NCBI RefSeq assembly: GCF_024521635.1
Contig: NW_026250411.1
Span: 558,001 to 622,000, forward strand
Direction: 5' to 3'
Length of the DNA: 64,000 nt
From: Tricharina praecox
Lineage: Eukaryota
Shown here: piece after piece, positions 23,122 to 35,108 of the stretch
How the letters are laid out: every line of letters begins with the position of its first letter
How positions within the stretch are numbered: the first letter of the stretch is position 1
The notes under the pieces: generated by a model
What the model was told of the DNA's origin: nothing
Databases searched by the model: none
Seen by the model: the letters and a program-made list of their open reading frames with translations, nothing else
Position numbers and translations under genes: made by a program

Positions 23122-24402
23122 ATGGTTCGTACATCGTCGCTTTTCGCATGCGTCCTGCTGCTTCTCTCGCCGGCCGTCCTCGCCGACGCCGACAGAAGTG
23201 GCAACGAAGTCGCGCGCGGCTTGGATACGCTTCGCAACGTCATCCGCGGCTTCCGTGACTATGAGGGTGTGTTTCCTGCGGACATCTACCACAAACACGC
23301 CGCTGATGCCCCCCGGTTAGTCGGATTGGTGAAGCGTCAGGACAACAGCAGTTCAACGGACACGCCTACCGTTAGTGTTACTCCGTCCACTACTCCCATT
23401 GCGGACCCTCCAACGACGTCGACTACGTCGACTACGTCCACCACGTCCACCACGTCTACTTCGTCCACATCTGGTGAGCCTACATCTGAAACTACCCCCA
23501 CAGAAACTTCTACCACCACAACATCTTCCACACCCACAACATCTTCTACACCCACAACTACATCGACGACCGAGCAGCCCCCTACTACGAGTGGTGAGCC
23601 AAGCTCTACCCCAAGTTCCGCTGCGCCCGTAACTCCAACCACCACCACCACTCCAAATGTAGTGCCGAGCCCTACCTCGAATGAGCAGTCCAGCTCTTCG
23701 AGTGACGAGCCGAGCACTACTACCCCTAGTGATGAACCAAGCCCTTCATCGAGCGGTGAGCCAAGCTCTACCCCGAGCACTCCCGCACCCCAACCTACAC
23801 CTACCCCAACGAGCCAGGAGGCGGGGCCTACTGCTTCTGCCTCGACGAGCGTGGAACCTACCCCTGATCCTACCACCTCGAGCTCTACACTCGGCCCTAC
23901 TACCATTATTACTACCGCTGCCAATGTTGAGACGGGCTCCACGAGTACAATTGCTGAGACCGCTACTACTACAGATGCACCTACGGTAACCACCGAGACC
24001 ACTTCCGAGTCACCTACCATCACCACCGAGACAACCACTGATACTTCGACCACTGCTGAGCCTGACACCACGTCCACCACATCCACCACTGAGGAGCCCG
24101 CCCCTCCGTCGAGCACGACCGAAGTATTGGTTGAATCTTCGCGCACAATCACCACGACCAGGGCTGTCGACAGCACTAGCTCTTCGACCTCCACGAGAAC
24201 GACCACTATTGACGGAAAGGCGCAGACCTTGGTCACCGTTGTTGTCGTTACGCCGACCCGTTCGCCGACCTCCGGGACTACAACTGCCGCTCCCACCGCG
24301 ACTGCCGGACTGCAGACCGGCGGCGCCGCGGACCGTCACTCGGTCCTTACCAATGCTGTATACGGAATCGGAGCTCTGATCGCTGGTGCTTTCTTCCTAT
24401 AG
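23122..24402 (+). CDS. Secreted Ser/Thr/Pro-rich, probably GPI-anchored cell-surface (mucin-like) protein
   Basis: Signal peptide MVRTSSLFACVLLLLSPAVLA, Kex2-type site LVKR|QD, about 300 aa of S/T/P-rich stalk, and C-terminal GLQTGGA plus hydrophobic tail AVYGIGALIAGAFFL. Confidence 0.85.
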   Translation: MVRTSSLFACVLLLLSPAVLADADRSGNEVARGLDTLRNVIRGFRDYEGVFPADIYHKHAADAPRLVGLVKRQDNSSSTDTPTVSVTPSTTPIADPPTTSTTSTTSTTSTTSTSSTSGEPTSETTPTETSTTTTSSTPTTSSTPTTTSTTEQPPTTSGEPSSTPSSAAPVTPTTTTTPNVVPSPTSNEQSSSSSDEPSTTTPSDEPSPSSSGEPSSTPSTPAPQPTPTPTSQEAGPTASASTSVEPTPDPTTSSSTLGPTTIITTAANVETGSTSTIAETATTTDAPTVTTETTSESPTITTETTTDTSTTAEPDTTSTTSTTEEPAPPSSTTEVLVESSRTITTTRAVDSTSSSTSTRTTTIDGKAQTLVTVVVVTPTRSPTSGTTTAAPTATAGLQTGGAADRHSVLTNAVYGIGALIAGAFFL

Positions 24403-25479
24403 AGGAGTAGTGCAACGGTTTGTTTTTCTCGAGGTATCAATTTGCGTTTTGGAATATTCGAATTTTCGGCGTCCCATAGAATGCAATACCCACGTTATAT
24501 AGTCGCTGGGTGTTTGTTTTAGTCGGTTAGTTTAGTTTTTATTTTTCCTCGGGATTCTTTTTGCTCCCGGTTTTGTTTTTCTGTTTCCTTTTCTTTTCTT
24601 CACGCATAGTGGAGGGGTATTTTCCGGAGTTGCTTCATTCATTTGCATATTTTCGGAGCTTTGTTTATTTTTTGCATGAAGGGATGGGAGGTGGCATTCA
24701 CGACGTTCATTAGCATATGAGGAGGAGTCAGGGGGGGGGGAAACGATGGAGACAATATGTCACACTGAATGAAAAAGCGTTACATTGAATCGGACGTGTT
24801 CTCGTGTTCTCGTGATTGAACGCGAATTTGAAGACAACGGGCACCAAAGGGATATGACGAGACGATATTAGACGTCAATCCTACATACTACATATACTTT
24901 ACCGGGGGGACCGATATATTACTATACTTCCAGCAGCTTCCCATGAACAATATCGGATCAGCATCGTGATCGTGATCGTGCAGGAGCGATCCGCATGCCG
25001 GTCGATTGTGACCACCTGCTTGTGTGATTCTGATACGACAGTGGCGGTGCAGGTGCGGATACTTGTTTGGTACTCTATGTACCAAGTACCGTACTTTGGC
25101 GTGTAATTTTAAGCTTCAATGGGGGATCACGGGTGCGAGGTTGTGTGGGCGGGTGAGCGACTGTGATCTCTTTCGGTTTCAGGCTGGTGTTTCCATTCAG
25201 CCTGGTATCGCCAGGCTGAGTGCGCGCTTTTTTTCTTTTGTTTGCATGCGACCTATGCACTCTAAAGTAACTACCCCGAGCCCGAGTGCGCACGCAGCAC
25301 GATTCACCCGCAGCACGATTCGCCTGCATTTATCCATATAGGACCGGAGTGACACTTCGTGATACACCCCCGAGCCGCCGGCGCCGGCGCCGGTACCAGC
25401 ACCGGGGTGTGAAACGTCGCAACCTGTCCTTAAGCCTTCGAGGCTGACGCTCACTCACCCGCGCGGCCGCCCCCAGCAA

Positions 25480-25515
25480 CAACCACAACCACAACCACAA
25501 CCACAACCACAACCA
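25480..25515. repeat. (CAACCA)6 microsatellite in the ERV41 leader
   Basis: Direct reading of the sequence. Confidence 0.9.
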
Positions 25516-25547
25516 ATGCACCATACGCTCCTCCAGCAGAAGCAGCG

Positions 25548-26691
25548 ATGAGCAGTAATACCCTCAACGACGAATTCTTCGGCGGCGAGAAGGCCAGCGG
25601 CCTGCAGACGTTCGATGCATTCCGTACGTTCCCCGTAGCGGGATAGTTGTTAGTTGTTGGTGTATGTGAACGCGTCGCTAACCCGCCCCTCCCCAGCCAA
25701 AACCCGCCAAACCTACCGCGTCCCCTCCTCGCGCGGCGGGGCACTGACGGTGGTGCTCTCGCTGCTGTGCATCTACCTGACATGGCACGAGCTTTTGCAG
25801 CACCTGGACGGGACCGAGACGCAGTCGTTCGGCGTCGAGCACACGATCGGCCACAGCATGCAGATCAACCTCGACATCACGGTGGCAATGGCGTGCGACG
25901 CGCTGCACATTAACGTGCAGGACGCCGCGCTCGACCGTGTCCTCGCCGGGGAGATCCTTAAGAAGGAGAGCACGTCGTTTGACGACACCAGCGCTCACCG
26001 CCTCGTCGCTATTGGCGACCGCCCGGATCATGTATACGACGTGATGGCGAGAGCGAAGAAGTCGAAGTTTGGGAAGAGCAGGCGCCGCCCCGCCGCTTGG
26101 CTGTCGAGGGAGGACCGCAGCAGCTGCAGGATTTACGGCAGCATGGATGTCAACCGTGTGCGCGGCGACTTCCATATCACGGCGAAGGGCCACGGGTACG
26201 AGACGGCGGGTGGGCATATCGACCACAACACGTTCAACTTCTCGCACGTGGTCAATGAGCTCAGCTTCGGCGAGCTGTATCCGAAGCTGATCAATCCGCT
26301 CGACGATGTCACGGCGACGACGGATGAGCGCTTCTTCAAGTTTCAGTACTTCCTCACGATCGTCCCCACCGAGTATTACTCCGAGACAAACGGAAGGAGC
26401 CTCCTGACGAATCAGTATGCTGTCACCGAGATGAGCAGGCCCGTCTCCCACTACCGTGTCCCAGGCATCTTCTTCAAGTACGATATCGAGCCGCTGAGTC
26501 TCGTGGTCACTGAGCATCGCACGCCGTTCCTGAGGTTCCTGATCAGGATCATCAATATCATTGGCGGTGTCCTCGTCAGTGGTAATTGGGTCTACAAGCT
26601 GGTGGATCTGTTTGCCGAGTACTTTAGGAAGAAGAAGAGGAGTATGGATGGGATGATCAATGGCAGGCTGGGGGGATCGCATAAGGATTGA
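25548..26691 (+). CDS. ERV41: ER-derived vesicle protein Erv41 (ERGIC2 family), 1 intron
   Basis: LQTFDAFP|KTRQTY, MQINLDITVAMACDAL, CRIYGSMDVNRVRGDFHITAKGHGY, FNFSHVVNELSFG and PGIFFKYDIEP. Confidence 0.92.
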
Positions 26692-26955
26692 GGGGAGGTG
26701 ATGGCAGGAGGAGGAGGAGGGGGAGGAGGAGGAGGAGATACCATGTAGCATATGCGAGGTGTGTACGGAAGGGTTGCGTTTCTGTTTTGCCCTGGTTCGC
26801 AAGATGTCACGTTGCTTTATTGGTCTGCTTTCGATATCTATTGGAGTTTTGCGTTCTGCTTTTATTGCCTTTATTCATCTACAGTTACCAACTTCCAACC
26901 AAACATTATGTGTCCATCTACATCTATGTCTCATTTAGGTGTCCCGTCCATTACC

Positions 26956-28367
26956 TTAATCCGAGATAAAGAACATCAAAGCAAACCCAGTAGCCATCGC
27001 CGCTCTGTACTCCAGTTAGCATGTCACCAGCTAGCTCCACACGGCGGAAGAAAGACTCACCCCTGCTTCAAAGTCTTGATAACCTCCTCCCTCTTATTGC
27101 TCCCGGTCTCGAGCAATTCCGGAATGACACTGAATCCGACATAAAGGAACGTGCCCGCGGTGAACGGGAGGACCAGATCACCCGCGCGCAGATCCGTGCC
27201 CAACACACCCTCGCCCATCTTGACGCCCATCTTCTCAGCGTCGCCACTCTTGCTATACTCCTGGATAGCAATGCCGATCAGCGTGCCGGTGAAGGCGCCG
27301 AGCGCAGTAACGAACTGCGCCATCATCGCCTGCCACTTGGTGAAGCCGCCCTGGATCAGCAGCGCAAAGTCGCCGACCTCGTGCGGGATCTCGTGCAGCA
27401 TCACGGCCATGCACGTAGTCGCGCCCACCAGCGGCCCCGCGTAGAATGCGCCTGACATCGCGAGCCCGTCCGTTATGTTGTGCGTGAAGTCCGAGACCAG
27501 GTTGAGGAGCGACGAGACTTTGAGGGAGGGCGAGATGGCCTTTTTGCTGTCTTCCTCCTCGTATTCCTCCTCCTCGTCAGAAGTAGTCGGCGTAACCCCG
27601 CCCTTCTTCCGCTGCACCAGCCCAGCCGCAGCATCCGCCTTCTCCGCGCCCGTCGCTTTTCCCTTTCCCTTTCCCTGTTGTCCATGCGAGTGACTATGCG
27701 CATGCCCACTTGCACTCCCCCCCTCCCCGCTCCCGGCAGTGATGATCCTGAGCGTCTTATCCATGGCTACGAACGTAGCAAACCCGATGAATATGAACAG
27801 CCCCAGAACGGCATTCCTGTTCGGATCGTTGAGCACAAAGTGTGCGGCGCCGTCATGCGGCTCGCCCATAAACGTCTGTGGCACCAGGTGCAGCAGCGTG
27901 TCCCCCAGCAGCCCACCCACCGCGAACGCGACCATCACGGAGAGCGACGATGGGTCGATGTCGGCGGGGCAGAGGGCGAGGAGGAAGTCTGTGCGGGTGT
28001 GTTAGTGGTGGCGGGGAGGGGAGCGGGGGATAGGAGGGGGGAACGCACTGGGTGGCCCCGAGATGTAGGCGGTGGCCAGAAGCGAGTTCACGGCTGGGCC
28101 CGCGGGGAAGAGGACGGCGAAGACGCGCTTCATGAGCGACGAGGTTTCGAGCTCGGCGGTGTGACGCGCCGCATTGAGGTCCTGGACGAAGGGGCATTCT
28201 TGCAGCTTGTGGTCGAGGTCGGGGATGGAGAGGTCCAGCAGTGAGCTCAAGGGAGGGCTTGCAGGCGTCTTTTCTGTGGCGCTGGCAATTGCGATGGCCG
28301 CGAAGAAGGCCGCGCAGAGCAGGGCTAGACGCAAGATGTTACTGCGGGGGCGTGAGAGGAGGGCCAT
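26956..28367 (-). CDS. YKE4: ZIP-family (LIV-1/KE4) ER zinc transporter, 2 introns
   Basis: AFAVGGLLGDTLLHLVP, His-rich loop HAHSHSH, DFTHNITDGLA, HEIPHEVGDFALL and PFTAGTFLY. Last exon AAMATGFALMFFISD*. Confidence 0.92.
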
Positions 28368-28925
28368 TGTTAATGCTGGTGGAGGACGCGTCTCGCTGAA
28401 GCAGGTAGAGTGCGGGTGCGGTGGTGGGCCAGGGGTTTAGGTTTTTATGTATCTGGAGACATGTGTGACATGACGTGACATTATTTACGTATTATATAAG
28501 AGACTCAATTGCTGCAATGATACACGCAACTGGGCAAGATGTAACTGGGTACACTGATGATCCGATGTTCCGTTTCTTGAGAGCCTTTTGGCCATCCTTC
28601 TTTGGTAATAAAAACGAGTGACCGAGCGTGATTCAGAACGCCATCAGATCGACGGCATGCACTAGCTATCACTGCACTTATGTGGTCTTGCCATAAGACT
28701 CCATTACTTTGAGTAATATTCTAGGCCAAGCGCTCCAGTTTGCATTGTAGACTATCGTGAGTCTATAAAGTTATTGCTTTACTTGGTAACATCGTCCTCT
28801 TTCGTCCGTCCTTCTCTCTTCCATCGCATTTTGACGTATTGCTCAGCACAGCAAAGCATACTCTTTCCACACCCCATCGCCTCGCACGCCAAACCACTCT
28901 GTCTCTCACTCTTGCCCTGCCCAAT

Positions 28926-30101
28926 TTATATCACCGGAGGGAGGTAAAACGGGTAGCCACCGTTCTTCTGCCTGAAGAGTCCCAGTAGGAAGCTGAATGC
29001 GCACAGCAACACAGCGTTCCAGACAAGAATGCCGATCTTCTGCTTGGTCGGATCAGTCACACGGGGCATCTTGAGCGCCAGAGCGATGGCGCAGAAGGCG
29101 AGCACGGAATCTGTAGCACTCAATTAGCCACTGTAGACATAATCACACCGTACCAGGGCAGAGCTTACAAACGCCAGCGACAATCTGCGTCTCCAACCCA
29201 AACTGGTTGCTAAATCCTCCAGCGATGTAAGAAATGCCGCCCTTTCCGTTGTTGGCGATGTAAGGAACCCGTCTTATGTGGTTAAACATGTGGCCACTGG
29301 TGAAGAGCAATATGAGGACGAGTGAGATGGTAGCCCACAGCGTGCGTGAATAGAGTGCTGGTTTCAGGGTGTTGAAAGAGAGCTTCAGAATAGCAAGGCC
29401 GACGATTGCCGCGCCGCCACCGAGGACGAGGTTGGTGTAGTCGAATGGCCGCACCACTTTTGGATCCATGTGGGTGTTCAGCGAGATCCACTGGGCGACA
29501 CGTTCGGCGGGGATGGCGCTGGGAGATGTCAGTCGAGTACCGGTGCGGAGAAAGGGGAGGCCCGTACTTCTGCGTGAAGTCGAACTTCATGGGCTCAACT
29601 ATGTGCTGGAGGTTCGCATTCGGCCCAACGGTGGGAGGGAACAGGAACATGATGGGAGCGGTATTCAGTTTAAGCTATCACCAGCTGTCAATCACATTCC
29701 ATCCTCTTGAAACCTACACTAGAGGTTCCACACACCTTCACGAAAGTATCGCGGCCATTGGAAAAGTCCAGGGACGTAAAGAACAACCCATCCCCGTTCT
29801 TATGACTGCGCTGCCAGCTGGTAGCGAGCAATTCGTACTCGGGCTGGAATTCCCTGCACAGATGGCAGCCAAACTTGGGGTCCAGCGCCGTCAACAGCAC
29901 CACTGCCGTGTAGTTTCTCGGCGCACCGACGAGGTCCGCGTACAGCTCATCCGTAAGGTGCAACACGCCTGACTTTGCCTTCGTGGAGGTGAGGGCCGAG
30001 AACTTCGCGAGCATATCATTCCCGGCGTTGGCAGCAACAGCTGAGACCGCCGCGATTGAGGATATCGCCAACAGCGAGAGGAGTGGGGCGAGTAGACGCA
30101 T
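28926..30101 (-). CDS. OST3: Oligosaccharyltransferase OST3/OST6 subunit, multi-exon
   Basis: Signal peptide, PRNYTAVVLLTA..CHLC thioredoxin-like motif, LLFTSGHMFNHIR, NQFGLETQIV and FRQKNGGYPF. Confidence 0.92.
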
Positions 30102-30536
30102 CGGTGGTGGTCAATCGGTTGGTGTTCAGTTCTTGTAGTTGGTGGGTGGGGAGTTTTGTTTGGAGGTGTAATAATTGTCTCCCTCTCGCTCGCTCGACGT
30201 TCACTTCCGGGCCGCGCAACGTAACAGGCAGCCCTGTTGGTTGACGCCAGTTCAGGAGAGGTGTCAACTCCCGCATCCCGGCGTTAGTGTTATCTAATCG
30301 CGATCATCGGACTAATGCGCGCACCTAGTATCTTTTGTTTTGATGCTCAAAACAACAAGCTGACCATCTCATCGCGTCGCCCCAAACCTACGTTCTTCCT
30401 ATTCACCCCGCCTGTCCACCCCTCCTCTCGTAATATTCGATAGCTTTTTGGAACACTATTCGCTACCACCGAGCCTCGAAAGCCTTCTCTTCGCAGAGAA
30501 CCTGACTGCCCACCACCCCCGTCCGACGCGTTTCCC

Positions 30537-33090
30537 ATGGAGGCCCAAGGAGAAACAACACACGATGGCGTCCTCCCAGACACACCCGAGACTCTACAGT
30601 CAATCAACGCCGAGGTAAGTGGATCCCCTTTCATATTTCACCTCCCACAAACGAATTGCATTCTAATACTCAAGGCAGCTCCGTCGCAAACTCGCCATAT
30701 CCGAGGCAATGATATCCTACCGCAGTAGCGTAGCGGAGCGGAAACGTCTCGAAGCCGCCGACTCTGCGCGTCCTCTCCGGAATAGACTGGTACATATCGA
30801 GCCGCTGCACAGGGAACTTTACGAGGAGTACTCCAAGACACTAGAGCACGTCGAGGAGCTGGAGAAGACTATCCAGGAGAAGGAAGCGGAGCTGGCGCGG
30901 TTGCGGAAGGAGAGTGAGATGCAGTTAAAAGTATCGCAGACGGAGGGCGTCACTTTGCAGGGGAAGCTGCGTGCTGTGGAAATGGAACTGCTCGAGATCA
31001 AGTCCACGACGAATTATTCGGCGGCGAGCTTGGTCGAGGAAAAGAACACCGCTGTCGCAAAACTCGCGGATGCGCAGTTGGAGTACCAGTTGATCAAGGA
31101 CAAGTCGGCGGCTTTGGAAGCGCAGGTAGCAGAACTTAAGGAGTATTTTGGCGCCAGCGAGAAAATGCTGAAAGCCGAGATTGCGGACTACAAGAAGCAA
31201 GCTAAAGCCCTGCAGCATACGCACGACAAGGCACTTAAGCAGGCTGCGTCTGAGCGTGAGGAACTGGAATCTCAAACCCGCCAACTGGAAGCCGAAAAGG
31301 CTGCCGCCGAAGAAAAGATCGAGGCAGCCACAGAGAGGCAGGAATCGGCCAAGGTTGTCAAGAAGGAGATCTTCGAACTGAAAGCAACAATCACAAAGGA
31401 TAAGAACGTTGCGGAGAAAGCTGAGAAGGATGCTGCAGCAGCTTTTGAGAAGGTGCAGAAGGATGCCGCAGCAGCTCTTGAGAAGGTGCAGAAGGAGCTG
31501 TCTCAGCTACGGACAAACCTTGACAACGAGATTGAAGCTCGAATTCAGGCCGAGAAAGAGCGTGATGGGGAGCGAAAAGCTCGCGATAAGACCGCGAAAG
31601 ATCTTGAGCGCCTGCAAGCAGCTAAAGAGAAGGCATCGGCGAAAGAGACTGCAGCAAGCACCAAGAAGGAAATTGCGGAGCTAAAGGCAGTCTTGGAAAA
31701 GGAAATCCAAGCTCGACAGAAAGCGGAGGAGGAGCGGGATGCAGAACAAGAAACCCGCGAACAGGCCCAGCAAGCGCAGGAGGAGGAGCAAAAAATTCGC
31801 GAAAAGGTTGAGAAAGACCTTGAGCGCCTGCAAGCAGCAAAAGAGAAGGCCCCGTCGAAAGCCAGCAAGAAGGAGCTCTCAGATTTGAAGGCGGCCTTAG
31901 AAAAGGAAACCAAAGCTCGCGAACAGGCTGAGAAAGAGCGGGAAGAAGAGGTGAAGATTCGGGAAAAGGCTGAGAAAGATCTCGGGCTTTTGCAGGCGGT
32001 AAAACCGGCGAAAGAACCTGCAGCAAAAGTCACCAAGAAGGAACTCGCCGAGCTAAGAGCTTCTCTTGAAAAGGAGGCCAAATTTCGCGAGAAGATTGAG
32101 CGCGAATATGCCCGCTTGAAGGAGGACCACGAAGCGAAACTCGAAATCCTGGAAAAGCAGCTCGAAGCTTCACGAGTAAAGGCGAAAAAGATCGAGGAAG
32201 CCGCCTCTAAACCAGCTGTGTCCAAGTCAACGACTACGAAGGTTCCTATCGATAATCCTCGGAAACGTCCTGCCGCCAATCCTCTAACGATGGACGATCT
32301 CGAGAACTCTGTCAAGAGGCCCCGCAACAAGCAGGCCACTAAAGAATCCGAATTCTCCATAACCCCCTTCCTCAAGCGACAAGCCTTGGTAGTCGAAGGC
32401 GATTCGACTACTGCCGGAGATGCCACTGCAGCGCCCGACGAGTCGAGCATGGGAGGAGCTGGCGAGAAATCTATAATGATCCCGTCCGTCATCGACAGCA
32501 AGCAACCTGCGCGTCTCCTCTTCGCTGGTGCCGGCCGGAAAAAGAAGCCAACCAAAGCATCTACTGCTATCCTTGAAGAGATGGAAGAAGCCCCTGTGCC
32601 AGAGCCGGAGCCCGAGGCAGCATTGTTGCCTATGCTTGCGCAGCTTCAGGAAGAAGACAATTACGAAGAGGAAGACTCAATGCTCATGGTTTCGGCACCA
32701 ATCATCGCCAAAGCCAAAGCCAAAGGCAAAGCACCAGCGAAGCCACGCGGAAAGGCCGCCGCCAAGCCCGCAGCTGCCGCCAAAGCAAAGCCCGCGAAAC
32801 CAAGAAATGCCCTTCTCGACTCATCGCCAGTAGCTCCACCGCCGGAAAAGCCCGTGGCCAAGAAGGCTGCACCGAAGCCACGAAAGAAGGCAGCAGCCGA
32901 AACTTCGCTGCGTGGCATCAAACCGGCTAGCTTCGACGATGACGGCACGGGTAGGATACAGCTCAACTTCGACGATGCTTCGCAGCCGAATAAGGTGCCT
33001 AGCTTGGTGCCGAAAGTTGGCGCTTTCAATAAGGAGATTTCGCCACCTAAGAGGCGACCGACGGGGATGAAGCTATTTGGGAAGCAATAG
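30537..33090 (+). CDS. Long coiled-coil protein with disordered C-terminus; possible monopolin Mde4/Lrs4-like protein, 1 intron
   Basis: Exon 1 MEAQG..SINAE splices (GTAAGT..CAG) in frame to LRRKLAISEAMISY. About 480 aa of coiled coil follows, then motifs FSITPFLKR and EISPPKRR. Confidence 0.75.
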
Positions 33091-33460
33091 ATACATCTAT
33101 GGTTCGACTTTGTATGAATTTGTTCATTGTATTCCTTGCCCAATGTTGGTTTACTCGAGTTTTGGTTCGATTTTTGTACTGTTGTAGCTCTGTGGTTTGA
33201 GGCGTTTTTTCTGTTTGGCTGGCATTTTGGTGGAGTGTTGCGTTGTCTGGTTCCTAGTTTTATTCTGTCTGTACTATGCTGTGTGCCGCGGTGAAGGAAG
33301 AATTGGGACCATCGTATGAATACCTGCTGTTTTGGGGAGCTTTTTGGTGTAAGAAGGCAAGTTTGAAGTAAAACAATTGGGATACCGATCGAATGAAAGT
33401 GAAAGGCAGTCTTCAACTATTAAACTCCTGAACGCCGCACTAAGATTACATGCACAAGTA

Positions 33461-34768
33461 CTACAACCCGACGGCATCCTCGATGTCCGGCATGCCCTCC
33501 CACCCATCCTCCGTCTTCACCTCTACCTTGGCCACTCCTCTCCTGAGAGGTCTCCTCCGCGGTGTAGCCTCTAAACCCTTAGTACTGCCTCCTTCCAACT
33601 TGTACTCAGCATCCGACTCCCCTTTCACTTCCACCTTCACATCCTCATCCTCATCCTCATCCTCCGCTTCCTCCATTTTAACCTTTCCTCCTTTCCTCCT
33701 TTTCGGCGCCGAATTCCCCATAAATGCAGCTTTACACAACCCTTTCGACAGCAGACAATCCCCACACTTCCTTCCCCTAGGCAAACACGTCGTCTGTCCA
33801 AACCCTACAAGGAGCCAATTGATCTCCCGCCATTTATCTTTTGGCAGCCATGCCTCCAGCTGCTCCCTCGTGCCCTCGGGGGTGGTGCTCTCCACCCAGC
33901 CCCAGAGATTTGCAATGCGGTGGACATGCACATCGACACCGATGCCCATGTCCTTATCCCACGCGTGACTCATACACAAATGTGCCATCTTCGGGCCGAC
34001 GCCTGGCAGCGCGACGAGGCCCTCGATGCTGTCAGGAATGTCGCCGCGCCACTCGTCGCGCAGCACGACTGCGGTGCGCTTGATATATTCCGTTTTCCTT
34101 CGGTGGAACCCGACCGAGGCAATCAGCCGGTTCAGTTCTGCGGGCTCGACGGTCAATACAGACGCTAGGTTCAGCCCGCCCGGCAGCTCCGCCCGCAGCT
34201 TGTCCATCGTCGCCGCGTTCACCGTGTCCTTCGTCTGCGACGAGAGCATGAGCGAGATGAGTGTCTGGAACCGCTTTACGAGCGGTGACTCGGCCGCGTC
34301 CGCCGTCCGCTCGCAGCCCATCGTGTCTACTGGTGCGGGCCGCGAGAGACGCATGGTCTTGGTCAGGGAGTACATATCTTCCCAGTTGGGGGGAGGCGTG
34401 GATGACGGTGCGGGTTTCTGGTTGCCCTTGCGCTTGGCCAGAGGGAGGATGGAGGGGACGTCGCCCATGGATTTTGGAGGCTCCTTTTTTATGCGCTGTC
34501 GCTTGGAGGACGACGCCTTGGGCGCGAAGTAGGGTGATGCTTCGCCTTCATCTTCGGAGGAGGCGGGCGGCGACGACAGCTCGGAGGAGAGGGGTGGCGA
34601 GGACAGCTCCGACGAGCCCTCTCGCTTGATGCCGGGGGATTGCGACTCGCGTTTAAACACGGGGGAGCTGGAGTGTTCGCGTTTAATAGCTGTTGTCACA
34701 GCGCCGGAGGAGGCGGAATTGCGGGTAGCTCGAGCAATCGCAGCGCTGAATTTCGCGGATCCCGCCAT
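33461..34768 (-). CDS. NTG1: Endonuclease III-like DNA glycosylase/AP lyase
   Basis: [24 protein letters not shown], HhH motif [20 protein letters not shown] and Fe-S motif [18 protein letters not shown]. Confidence 0.95.
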   Translation of the reverse strand: MAGSAKFSAAIARATRNSASSGAVTTAIKREHSSSPVFKRESQSPGIKREGSSELSSPPLSSELSSPPASSEDEGEASPYFAPKASSSKRQRIKKEPPKSMGDVPSILPLAKRKGNQKPAPSSTPPPNWEDMYSLTKTMRLSRPAPVDTMGCERTADAAESPLVKRFQTLISLMLSSQTKDTVNAATMDKLRAELPGGLNLASVLTVEPAELNRLIASVGFHRRKTEYIKRTAVVLRDEWRGDIPDSIEGLVALPGVGPKMAHLCMSHAWDKDMGIGVDVHVHRIANLWGWVESTTPEGTREQLEAWLPKDKWREINWLLVGFGQTTCLPRGRKCGDCLLSKGLCKAAFMGNSAPKRRKGGKVKMEEAEDEDEDEDVKVEVKGESDAEYKLEGGSTKGLEATPRRRPLRRGVAKVEVKTEDGWEGMPDIEDAVGL

Positions 34769-35108
34769 TGTTGATATTAATTTCGAGATTATTTTGTGGC
34801 TGTGTGGTTGTGTGGATTGAACAGGGAATGATGCAGATGAGGTTGCTTCACAGTCTGGTGTTGCTAGGTTAGGTAACTCCTCGGACGCACTAGGTACGCA
34901 ATGCCGCAGGATGCGCTCCTGCTGGTGATTCGCACATACAAATCAGAAGCTATGACTGCCCCTTGGCTCACTAGCTCCAACAGGAGATGTCTGAAGCTGA
35001 AAGCACTTCTGTTTTTTCCTTCTAATCAATACTGTATACTCTCAACAAACAGATATACCTACTAATACAATCCCCCGGCTTCAAACGCCCCAAAAACAAC
35101 GCCTCCCT

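Noticed and set aside
31545..32555. Long antisense ORFs (e.g. 336 aa here; also 23337-24296, 25678-26802, 6557-7306, 9686-10408)
   Set aside because: They are shadows of well-supported genes on the opposite strand, caused by codon bias and low complexity.
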